DNA from: Chara braunii
Taxonomy: Eukaryota > Plantae > Charophyceae
Direction: 5' to 3'
Assembly (NCBI GenBank): GCA_003427395.1
Contig: BFEA01000042.1
Location: forward strand, 1,988,048 to 2,051,987
DNA: 63,940 nucleotides
Shown here: piece after piece, positions 12,437 through 22,730 of the stretch
How positions within the stretch are numbered: position 1 is the first letter of the stretch
How the letters are laid out: each line of letters begins with the position of its first letter
Notes under the pieces: generated by a model
Databases searched by the model: none
What the model was told of the DNA's origin: nothing
Seen by the model: the letters and a program-made list of their open reading frames with translations, nothing else
Translations under genes and position numbers: made by a program

Positions 12437-13193
12437 TTGTTCGTGGGTGTTTGTGCAGTTGGGGCTACATCATATTTTCGCGTTCCATTACCTGCTGAGG
12501 AGCTTAGCGCTACGGACTTGAGAATGTTGCGAAACGTTTGTGGAGATTTCAGCAACGGCCACGAGGTGGTATCCTCGGTTCGCAAAGGGGTCAGTTTAAT
12601 TCCGTTGAGCAGAAAAAGTCTTCAAACTCTTGTTCAAGGGGAATGGCTTTCCGACGAGGTGGTGGAGTCGTACTTGGCCTTGCTTGCCAATGCTGCGTTG
12701 TCTGGGTGTCCCTCTCTTTACATTTTCAGTCCCTTTTTCTATACCAAGCTCGTCCGTGGCGGCTATCGACATGATAGGGTTGCGAGATGGACAAAAGATG
12801 TGGATATCGTACGAGATGATCTTGATTCCTGTCCATAAACATGGAGTGCATTGGACCCTATTGTATCTCCGAGAACAACGGCTGGAGTATTACGACTCCC
12901 TCGTACAAGACGATGACGGTTTTTCTTCCGATGTGATTGCGAACTTCACGCAATACCTCCGTGACAAAGCAGTTTGTCATTATGGTAAAAAAACGAAAGT
13001 GGATCTCCAGGAGCCCAAGGTGGTTGTTCGTGGTGTCCCTCAACAATTGGACGGGTCGAGCTGCGGTGTTTTCATGCCCACCTTTGCTTCATTTTTTGCA
13101 CGCGCCTGTCCGTCACCATTTCCGATAGCCCAAAGCGACATTCCAAACATCCGGTTGAGGATTGCGGTGGACATACTCCAAGGCGCTAAATGA
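12437..13193 (+). pseudogene. Ulp1/SENP-family (peptidase C48) SUMO protease, frameshifted near 12810
   Basis: GEWLSDEVVESY, FSPFFYTKL, RWTKDVDI, LIPVHKHGVHW, EYYDSL and PQQLDGSSCGVF show the His-Asp-Cys triad and oxyanion Gln. Confidence 0.9.
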
Positions 13194-14799
13194 TACCACT
13201 GTTGTTAAAATACACGTAGTTTTTTTTTCGAAATGTCCTAAGCAAAAGTGCGAATTTATTCTCACTTGATCTACCAGTCGGCCGGTTCGAGCTGTGCTGT
13301 TGTTTTGATGAGGTACCAGATTGCAGTGGACGTTCTGGTCAAGTAAACGCTTAGGTGTCGATGTGAATATCCCAGCCTCGTGCTGTAGCAATTTTTTAAG
13401 GGTTCTTCATTTCGCGGAACCTGTCATCTTTGCTCGTACGCCTTTCGGCAACGCCGTGCTGCCTTTGTTTGTTTTCGGGTTCTTCTCATTGCTTGCCGCG
13501 CAACATCAACTAGAGGGTTGTAGCGGACGCTTACGTGAAGTACAATCTTAGATGCCGATGTAAATATCCCAGCCACGTGGTGCAGTATCTTTTAAGTAGA
13601 CGCTTAGATATGGGATGTGAATATCCCGCCTTTCAGACCGCGGCAGCACCGTGCTGCGTTTGTTCGTTTCGAGGTTGTGCTGCTCTGTTACTCATGGGAC
13701 GTCTTCGGCCTCTTGTAAACATTTTGCACTCATGCTCTTAATGAAAGATATCGACGATTTATTATTGGTCGCCAAATTGTTTCCTGCTTATCTCTTTCAT
13801 TCGCGAGACTTTGTGGTGTGAAAGCCCCTCTCCCCCGCCCCACCCCGACCACCCAGCTTTCATATGCTTTGGTTCGCCCTTGTTCTGCGTGTGCCGCCCC
13901 GTTTTACGGTTCACCCCCTCTGCTTGTCTCCACTGAATGTTGTCTGTTGGTTTCTTATGATAGTTGCGAACTTGTTCTCCATTCAGAAACCAATTGTCGC
14001 CAGAATGTATGTGTGCTTGAAATTGTTTTACGGATTCAGCGGTGCACTAAATCATTACCAATTTTGTTGTCCCTGGAATACATCTCGTGCTCTCCACGGA
14101 ATGCTGGTGGTTGTTTTCGTATGAGAAATGCGAACATATTCGTACTTTGGATGCTGTACATTTGTGATTGAACTGTTGGTTCCATATGAGAAATGCGAAC
14201 ATATTCGCACTTTGGGTCCATGTACTTTGTGATTTTTGGAAAGCCTCCGTGCACTTTGCAATGTGGGATTGTATGATATTTTGCGTTCAATGATTTTTTG
14301 AAACGTCTCTGTGTGCTTTGCAATTTGCCATTGAATGAATTTTTTGCATTGAATGGTTTCTGGAAACTGTTAGTGTGTTGTGAGACTTCACCTTTGAAAA
14401 AACACTAGGCAACTTGAGATGTTTTCACCTCGATGTTTGCGATGTCTCTGTGTGCTTTGCAATTTGACTTGAGATGTTTTCATCTCGATGTTTGCGATGA
14501 CAAGAGATACTTGTATGAATGGATATGAATCTTCTACACAGAAAGATTTGATGGCGTTTTCAACCTGGAATATACAAATGACGAGCCAATGTCCATATTA
14601 AATCGTCGCGCTGATGGATTGCACAACTGCTTCTCCATCAAAGAGCGAGTTCAATCGCACTTCTGGTGTGAGCCCTGAGCAATTCCCTCGCACTTTGCTT
14701 CACGTTGAAGAGGGGATCGAACGCACCGCCGGTAAGCACCTGCACATCACAAAACAAGAGCACGTCCCAATTGGAACATCGTCGGGTTTTTGCGATGTC

Positions 14800-15880
14800 G
14801 ACTCCCACATGATGACTACACTGAACAGCGGTAGGATGACCGCTCTGCCTCTCCGATGTGGATCTAACGGTGGATTACGTCAAATCTGCTCTCATAGATC
14901 CGCGTCAGGGATGGGGGACGGGATCCGACCACAGTTTGCTTGTAAGGCATCATATGATGTGTCGATATAACCGACATCCAGAACTGCTTGGTGAGCATCT
15001 AGTGCTACGCCAATAAGTTCCAAGCACGACAGCAAAGTCCCCTAAGAGTGTTCTTTGCCGGGTCCTCACCTCATCGACTCTCAAGAGGACTACAACCAAC
15101 AGCGGTAGGATGGCAGGTCCGCCTATCCGATGTGGATCTCACGATGGAGTGCGAAACTCTGTCCTCAAATATTCACACCGAGTAGAAGGTCCTGCAAGCA
15201 GCAACTGCTTGCTTGTAAGGCATCTTATGATGTGTCGATATGACCGACATCCAGAACTGCTTAGTGAGCATCTAGTGCTACGCCAATATGTTCCAAACAC
15301 GGTAGCAAAGTCCCCTAACAATGTTCTTTGCCGGGTCCTCACCTCGTCGACTCCCTCAAGATGACTACAGCTGACAGCGGTAGGATGGCAAGTCCACCTA
15401 TCCGATGTGGATCTCACGGTGGAGTGCGAAACTCTGCTCTCAAAGATCCACACCGGGTAGAAGGTCCTGCAAGCAGCCGTTGCTCGCTTGTAAGGCATCT
15501 TATAATTTGTCGATATAACCGACATCCATAACTGCTTGGTGAACATCTAATGCTACGCCGAAAAGTTCCAAAAACACGGCAGCAAACTCCCCTAAGAGTT
15601 TTTTTTGCCGGGTCCTCACGTCATCGACTCCCTCAAGATGACTACAGCTAACAGCGGTAGGATGGCAAGTCCACCTATCCGATGTGGATCTCACGGTGGA
15701 GTGCGAAACTCTGCTCTCAAAGATCTATACCGGGTAGAAGGTCCTGCAAGCAGCCGCTGCTTGCTTGTAAGGCATCTTATGATGTGTCGATATAACCGAT
15801 ATCCAGAACTGCTTGATGAGCATCTAGTGCTACGCCAATATGTTATGAACACGACAGCAAGGTCCCCTAAGAATGCTTTT
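14800..15880. repeat. ~275-277 bp tandem repeat, 4 copies
   Basis: The unit start (A)TGACTACA..ACAGCGGTAGGATG recurs at 14812, 15086, 15361 and 15638. Confidence 0.9.
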
Positions 15881-16040
15881 AGCACTGGAGTCCTCTGACC
15901 GCCGACTGTTTGGCACTTCGTGAAGGTTGACACTTCTTGAAGGTGGTCGGCCACTTCTTAAAGGTGGTCAGTCACCAAACAGATCACGACCTGACATCAA
16001 CCTCGATAACTGCGAATTGACTCGTTGTTCAACTAGACTC

Positions 16041-16111
<71 letters not shown>

Positions 16112-16204
16112 NNNNNNNNNNNNNNNNNNNNNNNNNNNNNNNNNNNNNNNNNNNNNNNNNNNNNNNNNNNATATGCTCTTACGTTCTTGCGAACGCCTCT
16201 AATC

Positions 16205-16242
16205 CTGTCTCTTATACACATCTAGATGTGTATAAGAGACAG
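16205..16242. other. Nextera mate-pair junction adapter (two inverted Tn5 mosaic ends), an assembly artefact
   Basis: Exact CTGTCTCTTATACACATCT+AGATGTGTATAAGAGACAG, next to an N gap. Confidence 0.98.
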
Positions 16243-18242
16243 GTGTACCCCAGCGCAGCTCGGCTATGGCTGCCTGCTCCTTTCTGCCTCCGCTCGCCAC
16301 CGTTGTCGGCGCGAATACCCTTACAAGGGTATCCGCCCTGGTTTTTTGCAAGTGACAGAAAATAAGTTCAATTGAAGTTTGAAAACACCGCACGAGCCGT
16401 GGGAGCTGTTGACTGAGAGGTTGGTTGTAGTGTCCGAGAATAGAGGGTGTGTGGGCGCGCAGGTTTGAGGCGCGCATGTTTGTTCCCTCTTTGATTGCGA
16501 TGGAAGGCTTGACGTGGATTCCGGCCAGCGTGATTCATTATAACAGGTGTTTGCCTTGATTAAGCCGATTAACCTAGGAGGGACGCTCCATTCTATGCTT
16601 CCGTTTGGTACGATGGAGGGGTTTAGTGAGCCAGCGCGGACTTTAGTCGAATCCAGATGATGGGCCCTGATGGACGCGGCTAAGTAAGGGATAGTCGCGG
16701 CACGGTCGGTAGGCCTGCGCGGACTTGTCGAGGGTTGCGGGGGTAGGTGTAGGCGGAGAAGATAGTGTAGGGGGCCTCGCAGCCCTGGACGGCCGCGCTA
16801 TACTATTTTATATAGAATCTTGGGCTTGCTAGTACCAAGCTTGGGCTTAGCCCTATTGGTTATGGTATTAGACTGACACGGCGGAGGTTTGGGAATCGTG
16901 GCCGGTGGACTGCAGCAGGGGAGTGGTGGAAAGTTACGAAGAAATCAAGGGGTTGAGGGCCCGATGAGCCATCCCTTTTGGTTTTGCAAGAGGATGCGAC
17001 CCCGGGCCCGACCCGTGATACTGGCGAGGTGCCAGTAGTTCCCTTGTTTTCCCGGGACCCGCCCTATTTTTATTTATTTTCCTGCCTATTTTATTTTATT
17101 TTTATTTGATTTTTTAGTTTTTTAGTTTTTTATTTTTATTTTTACTTTTTTTGTTATTGCCGGTCCCGTTCCATGCTGGGACTTGGCACCGTGTTCGTAT
17201 TAAGAGAGAGATGAAGGGCCGATGGCAAAAGGGCAGACCAACGACCGGAGTATAAATCAAGGAGCAGCACCCAGTCACCCGCTGATTCCTATGAAAGCCA
17301 TGCGGAAGCGCTATCTCAGCGCATTGTGCAAAGAGGCCAGCAGTGCGGGCGCTAAGGCTACAAGCAGTTAGGAGTGACGAACAGCAGGCAATGGGAGAAA
17401 AGATCCGGACGGGATCCTGCGCAGCATGCATGCGCAGTAGGGAAGGAAGCAGCGGGCGTGGGTCTGACGGGCAATAGCAAAAAGGGGTAGGGTGTAGGGA
17501 CCGACGGGCGATGGGGTGGAGCCGCTAAGACTGCCAGATGCCAGTGCGGCGGTAGGAAAAGTGACGGGCAAAGAGAGAGAGAGAGAGAAAGAATGGTGAA
17601 GGGACTGACCAGGCAGGGCAGCGCTGAGCAACATCGGGTGGACCGGGCGGCCTGGTGCAGCGAAGGAGAGTTACGGGAGGAAACGCACAGAAGGTGAGTG
17701 GATAGTGAACGAACCTGTACTAGGAAAGGGACCAGGTGCGTGCACTTTTGGAGAATAGGCATGGCGGGTTGCGGATTTGGGCGCAGTCGGAAAGATGGAG
17801 CACGACCGATTCTTTATGGAATCGGGCAAGAGAANAACCAAAATGGNGGTTTATTGACCGCGNGAATCCNAGTNTGAACTTAGTTTTAGTGGTAGGTTGT
17901 TAGATTAGGAGGTTAGTAGAGAAGATAGTGCGCGGAGCTATGGCTGAAGGTGGGAAGGTGAGGGAAGAAAAAGTGTGAATCTTCCCCGTTTCTTGATGAA
18001 AAGGGGCGGGGAAAGATTCGTAACGGGGTTTTTTTGGGATCACGAACCCGATTCTGGAGTTAGGTCTAGTTATGAGTTAGTAAAATAGGTGGTAGAAAAG
18101 AAAGGCACTGCGGGAGAGCTATGGCAGAAAATTTGAAGGGCAAAATTTTACTCGACCCTCATTGAAACCAAGCGGGAGAAAGTATGGGATGACGATTTTT
18201 TTTACACCTATGAGTCAGACTATGAGGTGAGTCTTGAGAGAG

Positions 18243-18278
<36 letters not shown>

Positions 18279-18897
18279 CCTTACGTTGTATTCAGGGGAA
18301 GAAGGTAGCACTGATGTTCAAAGCACTTGAGGCATAAAGAGAGACATCAAGTTCACACTTATTGTCGGAGTGGTTGAGTGCCTGGCAAATTGCAGACAAT
18401 CTTTTCCTTCGTTGAAGCCCAAAACGCAGGAAAAAAAAAAAAAAAAAAAAAAAAAAAACCATAGCTATTGAGGCTGTGATTTGCTGATAAGTTGGGGTAC
18501 AGATCAGGTCAGAATTTGGGGGTCGCTCCAGTACTCAACATTCGACACGAATGTGGACTGTTCTCTGGACCAGATACCTTCCAACCGATGAAACATTTTG
18601 GACATCTGTTCAGAACCCAGCGGAGAGAAGCCAGGAGCTAGGTGACTCAGAGGATCAGAAGGTAGTAGATATAGGCTAACTTAGGCAGGGGTGAGGGGTG
18701 GTACATCCTTCCCTACGGAAGTAATCAATGCCGTCCACTCGGGCCTCTCAGCCATAATGGGGAGGAGCGTGCGTGAGTCATTCATGTTTTCCATATTGAC
18801 TTGCCGGGGGAATAGGAACCGGACTGTTGCTCCCCAGAATGGCAGGAGCCAGAACCGAGAGGTTCTGCTTTNNNNNNNNNNNNNNNNNNNNNNNNNN

Positions 18898-19182
18898 GTG
18901 TTGGTAGCGGCGAGCGAACCGGGAATAGCCCAGACTGAAAAATCCGGGGGCTCTGTTGCCCCCTGGATTGTAGTATTGAGAGGCAACCTCTGCAGGGCCG
19001 TGTGCAGGTTCCCTGGAAGGGGACGCCGAAGAGAGTGACAGCCCCGTCGACCGCCGGACCCTGCTGCACAACGAGGTGTTGTCGAAGAGTTGATCTCAGG
19101 TCGGGCGGGAGCACCGGCCCAATTCAAGCATATAACTAAGCGGAGGGAGAGAGACCAACGAGGATTCCCTTGGTTACAGCGA
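18898..19182 (+). pseudogene. Two degenerate, out-of-order fragments of the 25S/28S rRNA 5' end
   Basis: GCGGCGAGCGAACCGGGAATAGCCCAG..CCCTGGAAGGGGACGCC..GAGAGTGACAGCCCCGTC is followed by a restart at 19091, GATCTCAGGTCGGGCGGGA..AAGCATATAACTAAGCGGAGG..GGATTCCCT. Confidence 0.85.
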
Positions 19183-20942
19183 CCTCCTTTGATGGTCAGG
19201 TTTGGAAATTTGGTGGGGAACGTCAACGCATTTTTGCCTTTCTTGGACAAGCGAGTTGAGGGTTGCACTGGGCGAGGGGAGTCTGTTACAGCGGCAGTGG
19301 TGGCGTCTACTGCAAACTGTTGTGGGCATTACTGATACGAGCTGCTGTAGTTTTGCCGTGAACAGTCGGGTGACTACGGGAAAGGCTGTGCAGAAGTACG
19401 GCACGAAGACTGTGGTGCAGTGGACCGTGGGCAGAGGACAAAAGACTGCGACGGTCGATCCTGTTACAGAGATGCTACAGGCTGTGTAAACGGCGAAGGG
19501 GCCACATAACTGTGGGGGACGCTGCAGATAGGAGTAAGGCTCGAGACTTATATGCTACTTGATGTATTGCCTCGTTCTGTGTTTGAGATATAGAGTGCCC
19601 CGTCTGTGCTCTGGCGCTGCCTCGCTACCTGGTTCCCGCCGGTCTGAGTGAGAGCTCTTGCGAATTGCTGCCGTTGCTGGGAGTGGTGTGCTACCATCGC
19701 TAAACGCAGAAAACGGCCATTTGCGCCCGGATTCCTGTCGCAGCAAATTGTCTGCAGCAGTTGCTGCTAGACACTACTTTGGGCTGCATCTTTGATGAGG
19801 AGTGGGGAGTGAGCCAAAGGGTTGGAGAACTTACTTGTTGGCCGGTGTGTTGCTCGGCCGGGTGATGAAGAGTAGTGAGCACAAACTAGGAAGGGACAGG
19901 GCTGATGCAGACTGTGTGGATTGTGTAAGCTGCTGCAGACTGTGTAAGCCGCGAAATCCGTGCAAACTGTGTTAACTGTGTTGTCCGTGTATCCTGTTAC
20001 AGGCTGGGTAAACTGAGAAGGGCTACAGACAGTGTAACTGTGGAACTGTGTGAGCTCTGTAGGTTGAGCAAAAGGGCAGTAGACTGTGTAACTACATATT
20101 GCTGTGGAACTATGAACGACAGACTTTTTGTTGTTGAATTACTACTGCTGCTACTGGCCGTTGTTGTGCGCCACTGTGTGTTGTTGCGGAATTATTTGTT
20201 GGGCACTGCTGTTGCGTCAAGGGGGCAGAGTGTGAACTGCTGCTACACCTAAAGACCATTACACGCTGTCAGAGCGGCCGTGACCGGGCGAAGTTTGGAG
20301 AGGGGATCAGGTTGTACAGGGAAGGCAAGTCAATGCTGCGAGTTGAAAAGTCGGCAGGAGTTGGACCTTGGCAATTTGATCCGGAGATTTGTTCAAGCTG
20401 TTACTTTTGGCCGCCATTGCGGGGCCCTGAGGAGCATCAAGGTATCAAGGCCCTCTCCTGCTAGTCTGAGAGCACCTCTCTTGGATCTGAGGGACTCAAA
20501 CTTTCTCCATCTGCCTTTCTAAGTCTAAGTCTAGTCTAATCTGCTTCTGAGAGGAAGGCGGCAGGCGGGATTGCAACCCGTAATCCGTGCCAAGGCCTTT
20601 GTGGGAGGTACGCCCCACCGATTGAGGGAGCTCTGCCGGAACTCAGGAGGAGTCCTGGAGGCAGGGAACTGACAGGTAACCATTGCGTTTCCCTCTATAA
20701 ACCCAGTTATAACCCATATCTATATTTCCCATTGCATCGCCTGACTGAATATATGGTGTGAAGCCCTATCCTATTTTTGGTTTGACTTTCAGGACACTGA
20801 ACCAGATTAAGTAAAGGAATGTTTGTCAAAGTTCAGTTTCAACTTTAGTTGCCTGTGTGAAATCAGACTTGTAAATGAAACTACATCTGGGAAAGGCAGG
20901 GTGGAGGACTGATTTGCATGATGGTTGACAGGGTCGTTAGGG

Positions 20943-21890
20943 CTGGGAGGTCCTCATAAGTTTGGGGAGGCCCAGTGCTTTGTTTATTTTGATCTACACG
21001 GAGCATCCGACGCGTCCCATAAGTTTGGGTGGTCTGATTGCTTTGGTGGCTGGGATGTCCCCATAAGTTTGGGGAGACCCAGTGCTATGAGTTTTGCCTG
21101 AGGGATCAGACACGTCCCATAAGTTTGGGTGGTCTGATTGCTTTGACTTGTTAGGGCTGTTTGTGATTGACTTTTCAGGAGTCAAGCACGTCCCATAAGT
21201 TTGGGTGGCTTGACTGCCTTGTTTATTTTTGGTGTTTTACCTTGTTTTTTTGGCATTGAACGAGGAGGTCTGAGCGAGTACCGTAAGTTTGGGTGGCTCA
21301 GCTTCTTCCTGCTGGGGATCGAGAGAAATGAACCTGACTAAGGACAAGGCACGTCCCATAAGTGTGGGTGGCCTTGGCCCATGCCACGCACATACAAACT
21401 AGAGAGAAAGTGAAACAGGTGAAGAGCCAGGCACGTCCCATAAGTTTGGGTGGTCTGACTCAAAGTCTTGCACATGCTGGAACCCAAAGGTTATAACTTG
21501 GCTATATCATATTACTATTCTATTAGGAACGATCTAATCAGATCGTCCCATAAGTTTGGGTGCTCTGACTGTAGCCTATCACAATGTGAAGAGAGTACAA
21601 CTAAGAATAAAATTTGTGGTAGTCTGGGGCAGGCTGAACTTAAGTTAGTTCAGTTATATGCAGCCTTAAAATGGAAAAGGGGAAGACAATTATATATAAT
21701 CTGGTTATTTTAAACAGTTAGGGCGACTACAGTGGTCTAGTCATATGCCCAAAGAAGAGAGAAGTAGTCGTGCCCTCTGTCCGTGTATATTCATTGGCAA
21801 GTCAGGTTCGTCCCATAAGTTTGGGTGTCCTGACTCTCTGCCTGGCTAAGTAAGGTTCGTCCCATAAGTTTGGGTGGTCTGACCTTATGC
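20943..21890 (+). repeat. Array of 11 covarying hairpins with a CCCA-TAAGTT-TGGG apex
   Basis: Copies at ~20943, 21006, 21050, 21106, 21180, 21270, 21345, 21428, 21537, 21800 and 21851. Lower stems differ but pair, e.g. GTCAAGC/GCTTGAC, CTGAGC/GCTCAG, CAAGGC/GCCTTG. Confidence 0.9.
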
Positions 21891-22164
21891 CTTATGTAAG
21901 CAGGGTAAACGGTTTAAATCATGAAAAACTATGAGCTATTGGCTGTTCAGATGAATTGGGATGGTGAAAGTACTTACCTTTGTGGTTTGGCTTGCATGTG
22001 CCTGAGTGAGATCACTACCTAATATGAGTTTCAGTTTCATAGGTAGTTGCTTTAGATGCTCGCCACGTTCTGGAGCGATAAGAGTTAGTTTCAATTCCTG
22101 CATTTTCTGTAGTATTTTTTCTTTACTTAGGTCAATTCCCGCATTTTCTGAAATCTTTTCTTAT

Positions 22165-22730
22165 ACTTGGCTTTGTATAAATCTTGGCAAGCTGCTTTCT
22201 CTACGGGAAGCGATGCCGAAATTTTTAAAAAATCCGAGGAGTTAGTTAAATTTTGACTTGTCAAAAGTTCAGTTTTGTTTTGTCTCATATATGACTTAGT
22301 TAAAATCTGGGAAGTCTCCTTTTCTAAAGGGAGTGCTGCCCAAATTTTTGCTAATTCAGAGAGTTAGACAAAATAGAACTTTGCGAAGTCAAAGTTACTT
22401 TCAAACTCTGAACTTAGTTTTGTATAAATTTTGGAAAGACACTTTTCTAGAGGGAGTGCTGCCGAAATTTCTACAAAATTAAGGAGCTAGTTAAATTTTG
22501 CCTAAAGTTGAACTCAGACTGTTTTTGGAGTTCATACGTGACTTAGTTAAAATCTGGGAAGTCTCCTTTTCTGAAGGGAATGCTGCCCAAATTTTTGCTA
22601 ATTCAGGAAGTTAGACAAAATTTAATTTTCCAGCGTTAAAAATTTCCTTCTGATTTCATATTTGGGTTTATATAAATTCTGAGAGGGCACTTTTCCTACG
22701 GGAAGCGCTGCCGAAATTCCCCTGTTTTCA
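22165..22730 (+). repeat. Five alternating ~123-bp units, each a long hairpin containing GCTGCC(G/C)AAATTT
   Basis: Example: TTTGTATAAATTTTGG..CACTTTTC-TAGA-GGGAGTG..CCGAAATTTCTACAAA at 22420-22478. Confidence 0.8.

Larger units (their letters stand above)
1058..16025. repeat. Dispersed palindromic motif (AAG)TGCGAGTT(CA/AG)(C/T)TCGCA(CTT)
   Basis: Perfect 10-bp arms at 1058-1079. Copies at ~1139, four tandem at 2288-2385, about 10 in 4570-5505, and ~13247, ~14645, ~16011. Confidence 0.85.

Noticed and set aside
15110-15954. Repeated 65-97 aa ORFs
   Set aside because: The repeat period of 275-277 bp shifts frame, and there is no recognisable domain.
16205-16242. Tn5/IS50 transposon ends
   Set aside because: This is the exact synthetic mosaic-end junction adapter beside a gap, so it is a library artefact.
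18243-18460. Processed pseudogene between two poly(A) tracts
   Set aside because: No TSD or product could be identified. These are probably short retroposon tails, but I cannot support a call.
20943-21890. True CRISPR array
   Set aside because: There are no cas genes, the context is a eukaryotic TE, spacer lengths are irregular, and the repeats vary by covariation rather than being identical.
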